Assembly: GCF_006345805.1 (NCBI RefSeq)
Contig: NW_021823589.1
Coordinates: 1 to 22,382, forward strand
Reading direction: 5' to 3'
Origin: Octopus sinensis
Lineage: Eukaryota
Length of the DNA stretch: 22,382 nucleotides
A program made the translations under genes and the position numbers. The notes under the pieces are model-generated. The model was given only the letters and a program-made list of their open reading frames with translations, was not told where the DNA came from and ran no database searches. Of this stretch, positions 1 to 9,699 are shown one piece after another. Every line of letters begins with the position of its first letter. Within the stretch, counting starts at the first letter, position 1.

Positions 1-130
1 GTATAAGTGCGTATGGGTCTGGACGTGTGTATGTATAGGGTTGGTGTAAGTATTAGTATGTACTGGTATGTATTAGTATGTATTAGTTGGTGTGTGTATT
101 AGTATGGCACATCATATGTGATGTGATGTG
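1..130. repeat. GT/TA-rich low-complexity tract with (TATTAGTATG)-like units
   Basis: Repeated gtatgtattagtatg-like motifs seen directly. Confidence 0.6.
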
Positions 131-189
131 TAAAGTCATGTGGTGTAGTGAGGAGAAGAGGGGGAGGGGGAGGGACAAGAACGTATAAC

Positions 190-335
190 TCTTAGAAGAC
201 GATACAATAAACATGGACAGGACATTCGAACCCCTCAGTCTTCAGTCAAGAACCGGATCATCGTAGTAATTTCGGCTGATTAATCTTGAGATTACTAGAT
301 CACGGCCAGCCCTCCAAGAAAAACTAAGCAACGAA
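190..335. repeat. Unclassified dispersed repeat (second, deleted copy in opposite orientation at about 16850-16895)
   Basis: The blocks agaagacgatacaa (195-208) and aatttcggctgatta (268-282) recur, reverse-complemented and joined together, at about 16858-16890. Confidence 0.5.
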
Positions 336-825
336 CATACATATATATATATATATACATATATACATACATATACATATATATATACATATATACATAC
401 ATATACATATATACATACATATATACATACATATATACATACATATATATATACATATATACATACATATATACATACATATATATATATATATATATAC
501 ATATATACATACATATATACATACATATATATATATATATACATATATACATACATATATACATACATATATATATATATACATATATACATACATATAT
601 ACATACATATATATATATATACATATATACATACATATATACATACATATATATATATACATATATACATACATATATATATATATACATATATACATAC
701 ATATATACATACATATATATATATACATATATACATACATATATATATATATACATATATACATACATATATATATATGTATATATACATACATATATAT
801 ATATGTATATATACATATATACATA
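335..825. repeat. Compound (AT)n/(ATAC)n microsatellite, about 490 bp
   Basis: Directly visible. It generates the YI/YVC ORFs at 242-987. Confidence 0.97.
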
Positions 826-1021
826 CACGTAAAAAGGTGGCACGTAAAAATCACGCACTACACTCACGGAGTGGTTGGCGTAAGGAAGGGCATCCAGCTG
901 TAGAAACATTGCCAGATAAGACCGGAGCCTGGTGCAGCCTTCTGGCTTCCCAGATCCCCGGTCGAACCGTCCAACCCATGCTAGCATGGAGAACGGACGT
1001 TAAACGATGATGATGATGATG
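826..1021 (+). mobile_element. 5'-truncated 3' end of the RTE LINE family, with (GAT)n tail
   Basis: About 90% identical by eye to the reverse complement of 17184-17362, the 3' end of the large RTE. Ends in ttaaacgatgatgatgatgat. Confidence 0.9.
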
Positions 1022-1023
1022 AT

Positions 1024-1074
<51 letters not shown>

Positions 1075-1084
1075 TGGAAACATA
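1022..1084. repeat. (AT)n microsatellite
   Basis: Directly visible. Confidence 0.95.
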
Positions 1085-1594
1085 TCTATATATATAAAAC
1101 TGTAGTTGTGTGAGTGTCTGTCCCTTTTGATTTAGATTCCTAACTACTCCCACATTTTGCGGTGCAGTTTAACCAAATTCGGGTATCTTATAGTCGTGAT
1201 TCATATCGAGCCCGTCTGAGTATTAGCGCGCGTCTACGATGAGTCTACGATTTTAAAAATAAGTTAACATTTTTTATTCCATTTTAATGCATAATTTTTC
1301 GTGTGTCGATGGTGGCGGAGTTGGCGTCCATGGTCACACCTGCACCTGTTTGCTTCTCCCCCTTCTTCCCTCCCTCGTGAAGCTGTGGGGAAGGGAGTGT
1401 AAGGAAATCAACGTCGTAAAGCGTTGTCAAGGAGACCAGCGTTCTTTTAGAACAACGACTTCATGGCTTGAAGACACCAAAACAGAAATGACTAAGATAG
1501 CCCAAATTGGCATCTATAAGGGAAGTAACTCTCTAAAAATGCTTATATAGTTATTTCCCTTACAAAACCGATTAACGCCGGGCGATACTGCTAG
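1085..1594 (+). mobile_element. Non-autonomous Helitron, 510 bp, both termini present
   Basis: 5' a|TCTATATATATAAAAC at 1085. 3' ccgattaacgccgggcgatactgCTAG|t at 1594, with a degenerate subterminal CCG...CGG hairpin. Inserted between A and T with no target-site duplication (TSD). Confidence 0.8.
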
Positions 1595-1694
1595 TATATA
1601 TATATATACATATATGTAAACATATATATATATGTATATATGTACGTATATATGTATGTATTATAATATATTGTATATATGTACGTATATAGTA

Positions 1695-1749
<55 letters not shown>

Positions 1750-2152
1750 TAGTCTGTGTATATATATATGTATATATATATGTGTATATATAATGTGGTG
1801 TATATATGTGTGTATATATATAATATATATATATGATATATAATATGTGTGTGTATATATATATAGTGTATATATATATGTGTATATTATATGTATATAT
1901 ATATGTGTGTTATATATATGTGTATATATATATGTAAATATATGAATATATATATATGTAAATATATGAATATATATATAGTGTTATATATATGTATATA
2001 TACATATGTGTATATTATATATGTATATATATATATATGAATATATGTAAATATATGAATATATGTAAATATATGAATATATATTATATGTGTATATATA
2101 TATGTATATATATATATATATGAATATATATATATACGTATATATATATATA
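1595..2152. repeat. Compound (AT)n/(ATGT)n microsatellite, about 560 bp
   Basis: Directly visible. Confidence 0.96.
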
Positions 2153-2183
2153 TGCTGCACCTGTTATGTGTCCATAGCTTACA

Positions 2184-2287
2184 GTGCTGGCAACTGGAAG
2201 AGCAACCAGTGGCAGAAAATCCGCTTCAACAAATTCTGTCTAATCCAAGTGAGCACAGAAAAGAGGTTAAGATGATGATGATGATGA
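2184..2287 (+). mobile_element. Diverged RTE-type 3' end with (GAT)n tail
   Basis: ggcaactggaagagcaaccagtggcagaaa resembles ggcgtaaggaagggcatccagctgtagaaa of the 826-1021 copy. Ends in gttaagatgatgatgatgatga. Confidence 0.6.
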
Positions 2288-2343
2288 CAAGTCTGCAGAT
2301 TCGCAGAATTTCGCTAGTCAGAAACTTTGCAGCAATGTGTTGT

Positions 2344-2670
2344 ATCATTGTCACCATCATTTAAAATCTGCCTCCCATGCTGGCATGGATTGGCTGGTTT
2401 GACAGGAGCTGGCCAGTCACGAGCCTGCACCAGACATCTGCGAGTGTTTTGGCAGGGTTTTTTAATGGCCGGATGCTCTTCCTAACACCAACCACTCCAC
2501 AGAGTGGGCTGAATACTATTTATGTGGCACTAGCTCAGCAGAGATCAGTTTTGGCATGGTTTTTACAGCTGGATGTCTTTCCAAACACCAACCACTTTAC
2601 AGTGTGGACTGGATGCTTTTTAAGTGGTACCAGAACTGACAGGGTCATCAAGCAACTTGCAGGACAAGGA
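2344..2670 (-). mobile_element. Diverged RTE-type 3' end(s) with (CAT)n-like tail; the ggatg..cttcc.aacaccaaccact block occurs twice
   Basis: catcatttaaaatctgcctcccatgctggcatggattgg parallels catcatcgtttagcgtccgttttccatgctagcatgggttgg at 17186-17230. Confidence 0.75.
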
Positions 2671-2731
2671 TTCTTTGAGGGGGGGTGGTGGATGAGGAGA
2701 AGTATATAATAGAAAAATGGGCAATACTTAC

Positions 2732-2834
2732 AGCTAAGTCTTTGATTTTAGCACATTCTCCATTGTTAACGGTTGCTTTGAATGGCTTACAAGGGTTGTA
2801 TTCATATTTTTCAGAACGTTTAACATATTTGAAG
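2732..2834 (-). CDS. Internal coding exon of a host gene, likely an MRH-domain (M6PR/ATG27-like) protein: FKYVKRSEKYEYNPCKPFKATVNNGECAKIKDLA
   Basis: On the minus strand: a pyrimidine-rich acceptor (ttcttttttccctaattatttattcAG, AG at 2836-2835), 1 nt plus 34 open codons, then a perfect GTAAGT donor (2731-2726). The peptide shows F-K...Y-E-Y-N-P-C-x-P-F...C spacing like MRH domains. It lies in non-repetitive sequence. Exon status is better supported than the product call. Confidence 0.68.
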
Positions 2835-2888
2835 CTGAATAAATAATTAGGGAAAAAGAAGAAAAAAAATCATTACAAAAACAACAAA

Positions 2889-2942
2889 TATGTATACACA
2901 CATCTCTCTCTATATATATATATATAGATGTGTGTGTGTGTA
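2889..2942. repeat. Compound CA/CT/AT/GT microsatellite
   Basis: Directly visible. It lies just upstream of the exon acceptor on the minus strand. Confidence 0.85.
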
Positions 2943-3063
2943 TAAATTTAAAAATAGGATAAAATCTTAGCATAAAAAACCTCATAAGAGAAAAACCCAC
3001 CAATTTTTTCTTTTAAATATATTTATTTATATTAATAATATAATATATGTATGTATACACACA

Positions 3064-4828
3064 CTAGCAGAGATATCCGGCATTGCTCATGTCACATGGA
3101 ATTGAAAAATTAGACTGTTCTTTTATATTTTCTCTAATGAACAGGAATGATACGAATTTCATCAAAATTGCGGATGAAGAATTTTAATGAGGGCTCTTTC
3201 CCTCTTTACACACCCTAACAAAAATTCTAATCACAACACATTTATGCCATACTTCTTGTCATTATGCCCAGATTCCAAAATCCAAATCTTATGAAACCTA
3301 TTCAAAGGTTTTTGCTCCTGGAAAATGGAGCTCTAAAATGTGGGGGGGGGTGTCTTAAAAGTAAACCAGAAGTTGAATTGTTGGGAATCTTTTTAACTTG
3401 GGTCTTATATCTATTGTTCAAATTATTTTGAAATCGGAAATATATCTATGTTCACTGGGTTTGTAAAAGAGAGCAAAGGCGAATGATCACAATAAGTAGT
3501 CAGCTACTCTACCCTAGTTGTTACCACTCCCCAATGTAGGATTCCTCACCATACAGGTGACCGGCACAGCCGTAAGATGCATTACGGATCTATAGCAATT
3601 GGAAGGGCATGGGGAAATGAAAGTGTCACCTCTGGAGTTTGCCAATGATCACTATACCAATAGGTAACTGGACAGAATAAATTTGCAATCTATAAATCTC
3701 TTTGAATAACCAGTCACTTATCTGGGAAGGCCTTGAAATCAATGTTACTATCTGGGAACTATCTCCGACCCAGTGATAATAAAAAGACTCAAAGGAGGTC
3801 TACAACCAAATAACTTTACTCAACACTTTGGAGGCAAAGATGCCTCTCCTTTACTCGATAATTTATGCACCACATTGAAGAAATCACAATCTAAGTATAT
3901 CTCAAAGCAAAGTCTTACACTGTTGTACCACTGAATTACAAATAACACTAATCTTTTATGCTCGGGTGACCCTACAGCTTCCATGAGTACAACTGTATTT
4001 GTCTTGGCTTAGGAAAAAATGACTAAATTGTGGGTGTTAAGTCCCCATTAAAGGCCTTACTGACTTCTAAACAGTTGAAATTTTAGAAATATTACTTCAT
4101 TTGTGTCTAACAACAATGGTTAAAATTTCATCAACAGCAAAAATATATGAATTTTCATGGGGGTTATGGCCTCATTTACGCTCCCTCACTTTCAAACATA
4201 TACTGCATTTCATCTGTCCTTATGCATAGAATATAATTTCCAAATTTTCATAAAGATCCATTCAGTAATTCTGAGGTAGTTTTGAATCAAAAAATGACTA
4301 AATTGTGGGTGTTAAGTCCCCATTAAAAGCCTTACTGACTTCTAAACAGTTGAATTTTAGAAATATTACTTCATTTGTGTCTAACAACAATGGTTAAAAT
4401 TTCATCAACAGCAAAAATATATGAATTTTCATGGGGGTTATGGCCTCATTTACGCTCCCTCACTTTCAAACATATACTGCATTTCATCTGTCCTTATGCA
4501 TAGAATATAATTTCCAAATTTTCATAAAGATCCATTCAGTAATTCTGAGGTAGTTTTGAATCAAAAAATGACTAAAATTTGGGAGTGAAGGTCCCCATTA
4601 GGGGGTCTTAGAATCCTCATGAGAAGCAGAAACTTTGGGAATACTTTTTGATGTGTGTCAATTACCTATGGTTGAAATTTCATCAACATCGGAAATTTAT
4701 GAAATTTCGTGGGGGATTCTGTCCTCTTTAAGCCATCTCAAATTCAAACCAAACATACTGCAATATACCCACCCTTATGCACTGAATCTAAGTTCCAAAT
4801 ATCATAAGGATCCATTCAGTAATTTTGG
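3064..4828 (-). mobile_element. Non-autonomous Helitron-like element with an internal array of about 275-bp units; 5' end not seen
   Basis: The + strand a|CTAGcagagatatccggcattgctc reads gagcaatgccggatatctctgCTAG|T on the minus strand, matching the 3' terminus of the 1085-1594 Helitron. The terminus is well supported; the extent to 4828 is inferred from recurring aaatttcatcaa...ttatgc...gatccattcag units. Confidence 0.55.
4014..4828. repeat. Tandem array of 274-275 bp units: 4014-4288 and 4289-4562 nearly identical, 4563-4828 diverged
   Basis: The g of aaaaaatgactaaa falls at 4021, 4296 and 4570. I saw only one substitution and one 1-nt indel between copies 1 and 2. Confidence 0.93.
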
Positions 4829-4830
4829 TC

Positions 4831-5934
4831 CATACCCAACGACTGGCATAACAGCACCATAGTCAACTGCTACAAGGGTAAAGGTGATGCTTTAGCTAGA
4901 AATAACTACAGGGGTATCAAACTGCTGGATTAGGTGATGATGGTCACGGAGAGGGTCATAACCCAACTAATTAGGGAAAGAGTCTATTTAGATGAGATGC
5001 AGTTCAGTTTTGTGCCAGGTAGAAGCACCACTGATGTTATATTCCTGGTATGGCAACTGCAGGAGAAATACCCAGCCAAGGATAAACCCCTATTCTTGGC
5101 TTTTGTATACTTGGAGAAAACCTTTGACAGGGTCCCCCAATCCCTTATCTGGTGGGCGATGTGGAAACTAGAGATTGACAAATGGTTAACAAGGGCTGTA
5201 CAGGCCCTATACAGAGATGCCGTTAGTAGGACTAGGGTTGGCAATGAGTATAGTGAACAATTCCAGGTAGAAGTAGGGGTCTAAGAAGGACCAGCCCTCA
5301 GCACCCCTCTTATTCACCATAGTCCTCCAGGCAATAACAGAGGAATTCAAGATAGGTTGCCCCTGGGAGCTCCTCTATGCTGATGACCTGGCCCTCATAG
5401 CAGAATCGCTACCAGAACTAAAGAAGAAATTTCAGGTGTGGAAGCATGGTTTAGAATCAAAGCGCCTTACAGTCAATGTCACAAAAACCAAAGTACCAGT
5501 AAGTAGGAAGGCAAACACATGACATACTCCTTCAGGTAGATAGCCCTTCTTGATCAATAGAAAAGGTGTAGGTAGAAATTCTATACGATGTACCCTGTGT
5601 AAGCTATGGACGCATAAGAGGTGCAGCAACATCAAATGGAAGATTAACCAGGAAGATAGCTTTCATGTGCAACAGATGCACAGGAGCAATAAACACCACA
5701 GATACTCAGAAAATAGATTCCATCAAATACCAGGGGGAGAAACTAGAAGTAGTTGATAGCTTCTGCTACCTAGGTGATCAAGTTAGTAGTGGGGGTGGAT
5801 GCTCAGAGAGCGTTACCACTAGAATAAGAATAGCCTGGGCAAAGTTCAGAAAGCTTCTACCCCTACTGGTGACAAAGGGCCTCTCTTTCAGAGTGAAAGG
5901 TAGATTGTATGATGCACGTATGTGAACTGCCATG
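4831..5934 (+). pseudogene. RTE LINE internal fragment (RT domain plus PHD-type finger), truncated at both ends, with stops and frameshifts
   Basis: QFSFVPGRSTTDVIF, FVYLEKTFDRVP, ELLYADDL-coding DNA (about 5365-5392), CTLCKLWTHKRC, LEVVDSFCYLG. Collinear with the reverse complement of about 18090-19180. Confidence 0.92.
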
Positions 5935-6434
5935 GCATGCACTGCTCTAGAGACATACACAGCATAGATTAGCTTTAGAATAAAAAATATTTTTTTTAAT
6001 GTTTTAAATGCTCGGCTGTCACAGCCAAACTTTTGAGCATTTGATGGGGGCAGATTTAGGGACAAATGAAACCAAATTTTAGTAAGGTGATTACTGTACT
6101 GATAGAGGTGAATAATAATAGTAATAGTCATGACATTAGCAGTAATCATTATAACAATAATCCTTTCTATAAAATAATAATGATTAGTAATGTGTGAGGG
6201 TAGAAATAATTGCAATGAGATGGGGAGGAAGGGTGGGCTTCACAACTACAACCACTTAATAAGGAAGGGATGTAGGTGGAAGGAGAGGATGAGGTGTGGA
6301 AGGGGTTCAGCAGAGGTTAGGGTAACCATAGTAACATGATTTCAACATGTGACCACCAGGACAAGAGAACAAAAGATGAATGAAGGCATGTGACAGCAAC
6401 TGCCCCACCTCTGCCACCATCACCAATTGTCAAA

Positions 6435-6435
<1 letters not shown>

Positions 6436-6477
<42 letters not shown>

Positions 6478-6506
6478 TGAGAGAGATAGAGAGAGAGAGA
6501 GAAAGA
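6436..6506. repeat. (GT)n(GA)n microsatellite
   Basis: Directly visible. Confidence 0.95.
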
Positions 6507-6611
6507 GTAGCAACCATTTACACTTTAAATTGAGTGCCGACATGCTAAAAATAGCAGCCAAATCTCCTTTAACTTTTTAACATTCAGATTATTCAGGCAA
6601 ATGTAATGCCT

Positions 6612-7359
6612 ATTTTATTCTTTTACTTGTTTCAGTCATTTGACTATGGCCATGCTGGAGCACCACCTCACAGGTTTTACTTTCAATCAAAGAAACTGAC
6701 CCCGGGACTTATTCTTTGTAAGCCTGGTACTTATTTTATCAGTAGCTTTTACTGAACTGCTAAGTTATGGGGAACGTAAATACACCAACATTGGTTGTCA
6801 AGTGATGGTGGAAGGGGAACAAACACACACACTGAAAGAAACTCGTCACACATATATAGGTAGGGGCTCCCGAAAGGGGTCACAGGGAGTAATGTCTGCT
6901 TTCCTGAGCTAATTTTCCACCACATTTAAAAATCTTGGTAGATGCCTTGGTCTCAGGACCACTCATGTCTAGAAAATGAGGCTGGAGGTAAGCAAGAGCA
7001 TGCTCCCTGTAGAAAATTCAGCTTCAAAAAAGCCTCATGATAGCAAGGGAGAATGTGCACTAGCCAGCCCAAAGGTTGGGGTGGGCTGCACCTGCTTACC
7101 TCAGCTGCTATGGCATTTGAAGTAGATCTGGCCACCCCTGTTAACGGGGACAAAACCCAGATTTAAAACAATGGATGATGATGATGATATATATATATAC
7201 ACACACATACAATGGGCTCTTTTCAGTTCCGCCTACCAAATCCATTCACAAGGCATTGGTTAGCCTGGAGTTATAGTAGAAGACACTTGTGCAAGGTGCC
7301 ACGCAGTGGGACTGAACCCAGAACCATGTGGTTGGAACACAAGCTTCTTACCACACAGC
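6612..7359 (-). mobile_element. tRNA-headed SINE (family A) split by an insertion: 3' half at 6612-6832, 5' half at 7189-7359
   Basis: Both halves match the reverse complement of the intact copy at 8509-8887. Confidence 0.85.
6859..7188 (+). mobile_element. Retroposon 3' fragment with (GAT)n tail nested in the SINE microsatellite
   Basis: Ends in atttaaaacaatggatgatgatgatgat. Contains gagcatgctccctgtagaaaa, similar to the RTE 3' block gggcatccagctgtagaaa. The body is otherwise different from the other tails in the window. Confidence 0.6.
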
Positions 7360-7521
7360 TTTGCCTATTTTGACTTAATCCTGCATTATTTCATGGCTTT
7401 GAGATTTTGATGATCTGATTGCTTATTTTAAGAATAGCATTGTCAGGAAGGTGTGAGAGATGGATCTGGCCAGTTTAAACATAAACTAGAATAATTGGGC
7501 CAAATGTGGCTGGTTTAAATA

Positions 7522-7676
7522 ACACACCTTACCATCTTAAAGAAAAAAAACAAAAAGCACAAGTGGAACAACACAGACCTAGAAATATCAAATAAAGAGG
7601 TGATGCTCATGATTGGGATGCTTTTATTTATCGATAGGTCTACTCGATCAGAGCTGACCAATGGCTAAACAACAAC
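7522..7676 (+). mobile_element. 3' half of a second SINE-like family (B) with (AAC)n tail
   Basis: Ends gatcagagctgaccaatggctaaacaacaac. A loosely matching inverted partner follows at 7700-7902. Confidence 0.4.
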
Positions 7677-7699
7677 ATATACAGATAGTTGTCTGTATA

Positions 7700-7902
7700 G
7701 TTGCTGTGTTGTTTAACCCTAAAACAGCCCCGATTCAGTCATTTCAGTTGTGACCACCCTGTCTTTCCCTGTATCCTTGGCACTGGACTGTGTTCCTTGG
7801 ACCCCATTTATCCATGTCCCCATCTTCTCTTTTTCAGATAGCAAAGAATGAGAGATTTGGCTGTTATGACTAGCATGTCAAGAAGCCATGTAGTGGCTTC
7901 CT
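7700..7902 (-). mobile_element. Inverted copy of SINE-like family B
   Basis: Starts gttgtttaaccct (tail). gagatttggctgttatgactagcatgtc is the reverse complement (24/28) of gacatgctaaaaatagcagccaaatctc at about 6539-6566. Confidence 0.45.
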
Positions 7903-8094
7903 TGTGTAAGAGAGAGGGGGGGGGATGTATGTGTGTGCGTGCTGTATGGGTTTCCTTTTAAAGCAAGGTTGATTGATCCATATCATGAACAGGAGCAAAA
8001 AATGTCCAGTCTGACCCATGTGAGCATTGCTAAGTGCATATTAAAACAACAATAATGTGAGGTGAAACAATAACTTAGTGGTTTGACAAATAGA

Positions 8095-8205
8095 TATCAA
8101 TAAAATAATTGCCAGCCTTAAAAATAGCTACAGAGGTTGATATGATCACCCAACCAAAGGAAAACAGTGCTCCAGCATGGCTGCAGTCCAATGATTGAAA
8201 TCATT
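8095..8205 (+). mobile_element. Degenerate SINE 3' tail
   Basis: gtgctccagcatggctgcagtccaatgattgaaa matches the family A tail. Confidence 0.6.
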
Positions 8206-8508
8206 GAAAAATATATAGGAATTACACCAATTCTAATTTACTGATGTGATAATTTAATGATCAATAGGATTGTTGATTTCAAAAATAAAAATTTTTCAAG
8301 TAGCAAGTAATTTGAAATAAATATTTGTATATGTCTATCTCCCCAGTGTGCAGAGTTGAAAAATACCAATAGCCAGTTAATTGTAGCATAATGTGGTAAC
8401 CCATTTTAAAACCGTATAATTGAAAATTTCATAAATGGAATCTCTATTTTATTAGAACATTTAAAAACAAAGAAACAGGAGAGAAGGAAAAGAAACAAGA
8501 GAAAAAAA

Positions 8509-8887
8509 TGGTTGTGTGGTAAGTAGCTTGCTTACCAACCACATGGCTCCAGGTTCAGTCCCACTGCGTGGCACCTTGGGCAACTGTCTTCTACTATAGC
8601 CTCAGGCCGACCAAAGCCTTGTGAGTGGATTTGGTAGACAGAAACTGAAAGACGCCCGTCGTATATATATATGTATATATATATGTATGTGTGTGTGTGT
8701 TTGTCCCCTCAACATTGCTTGACAACTGATGCTGGTGTTTATGTCCCTGTAACTTAGCGGTTAGGCAAAAGAGACTGATAGAATAAGTACTAGGCTTACA
8801 AAGAATAAGTCCTGGGGTTGATTTTCTCAACTAAAGGTGGTGCTCCAGCATGGCTGCCGTCAAATGACTGAAACAAGTAAGAGTAAG
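8509..8887 (+). mobile_element. Full-length tRNA-headed SINE (family A): Pol III A/B boxes, CORE-like ccttgggcaa segment, internal (TA/TG)n, LINE-like tail
   Basis: A-box-like tggttgtgtgg (8509-8519), B-box-like ggttcagtccc (8552-8562), at least 8 related copies in the window. It resembles the tRNA-derived octopus SINEs (OK/OR1/OR2), but the exact family is unverified. Confidence 0.9.
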
Positions 8888-9155
8888 GTGTGAGATTAAA
8901 ACAGCAGATGATGGAGGGGGAGGGTTCAGCTGCAACCCATGGCAAGATGGACCACTGTTATCCCTATTTTGTGGGTCCTGGAACACCTGGACAGTCATTG
9001 GCAGAAACATATAGCAGCCAGCCAGGCCCCTTTATTTTCCCCTCCTTCATGTTATGGGCAATGACAGCCAGGTTTGTAGTCAATGTTGTAAAGATGAAAA
9101 TTGTACTGAAATTTCAGGATTTAATTAATTGCAGATTTTCACATATTTCCTTATA

Positions 9156-9270
9156 GCTGTGTGGTAAGAAGCTTGCTTCCCAACCACATGGTTCAGGGTT
9201 CAGTCTCACTGTGAAACAACCTGGGCAAGAGAGTGGATTTGGTAGACGGAAACCAAGAGAAACCTGTCAT
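9156..9270 (+). mobile_element. SINE family A head with internal deletion
   Basis: gctgtgtggtaagaagcttgcttcccaaccacatggttcagggttcagtc, then a jump to gagtggatttggtagacggaaac. Confidence 0.85.
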
Positions 9271-9280
9271 ATATATATAT

Positions 9281-9328
9281 GATTGATTGATTGATTGATT
9301 CTAGTTTCAGCTCATGAGCTGTGGCCAT
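9281..9328 (-). mobile_element. Ultra-short (48 bp) 3' end of the CR1/L2-group LINE
   Basis: (GATT)5ctagtttcagctcatgagctgtggccat matches 20655-20702 with one mismatch. Confidence 0.88.
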
Positions 9329-9343
9329 ATATATATATATATT

Positions 9344-9685
9344 TCTTTTACTTGTTTCAGTTATTTGACTGTGGCCATGCTGGAGTACCGCCTTGAAGGG
9401 TTTTAGTCAAACAAATCAACCCCAGGATGTAGTACTTATTCTTTCAGCCTCTTTTGCTGAACCGCTAAGTTACAGGGATGTAAACACATCAACACTAGTT
9501 GTCAAGTGGTGATGGAGGATGGGACAAACAGACACACACACACACACACACACATATATGACATACTTTCAGTTTCCATCTACCAAATCCACTCAAGGCT
9601 TTGGTCGGTCTGAAGTGATAGTAGAAGACACCTGCCCAAGTGGGACCGAACCTGAAACCATGTGTTTGGGAAGCAGGCTTCTTCT
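9344..9685 (-). mobile_element. Near full-length SINE family A
   Basis: Reverse-complement match to 8509-8887, including the internal (CA)n. Confidence 0.88.
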
Positions 9686-9699
9686 TATACATACATCTA

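Noticed and set aside
242-987. Long ORFs of 176-230 aa (YIYVCIY repeats), and similar ORFs at 11923-12440 and 16724-17335
   Set aside because: They are translations of microsatellites that lack stop codons, not genes.
3955-4000. Resemblance to the Helitron helicase motif HGQLYVA..R on the minus strand
   Set aside because: It needs several indels and a stop repair, and the flanking helicase motifs are absent.
5950-5969. catagat as the missing 5' end of the 3064 Helitron, on the far side of the RTE fragment
   Set aside because: The match is only about 6 bp and the expected tatatata run is missing.
8509-8570. tRNA gene at SINE heads
   Set aside because: Only A/B-box-like motifs are present, with no convincing cloverleaf, and the sequence continues into the SINE body.
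8890-9156. 88-aa ORF in non-repetitive sequence
   Set aside because: It has no recognisable motif or convincing splice context, and starts at GTG within a SINE flank.
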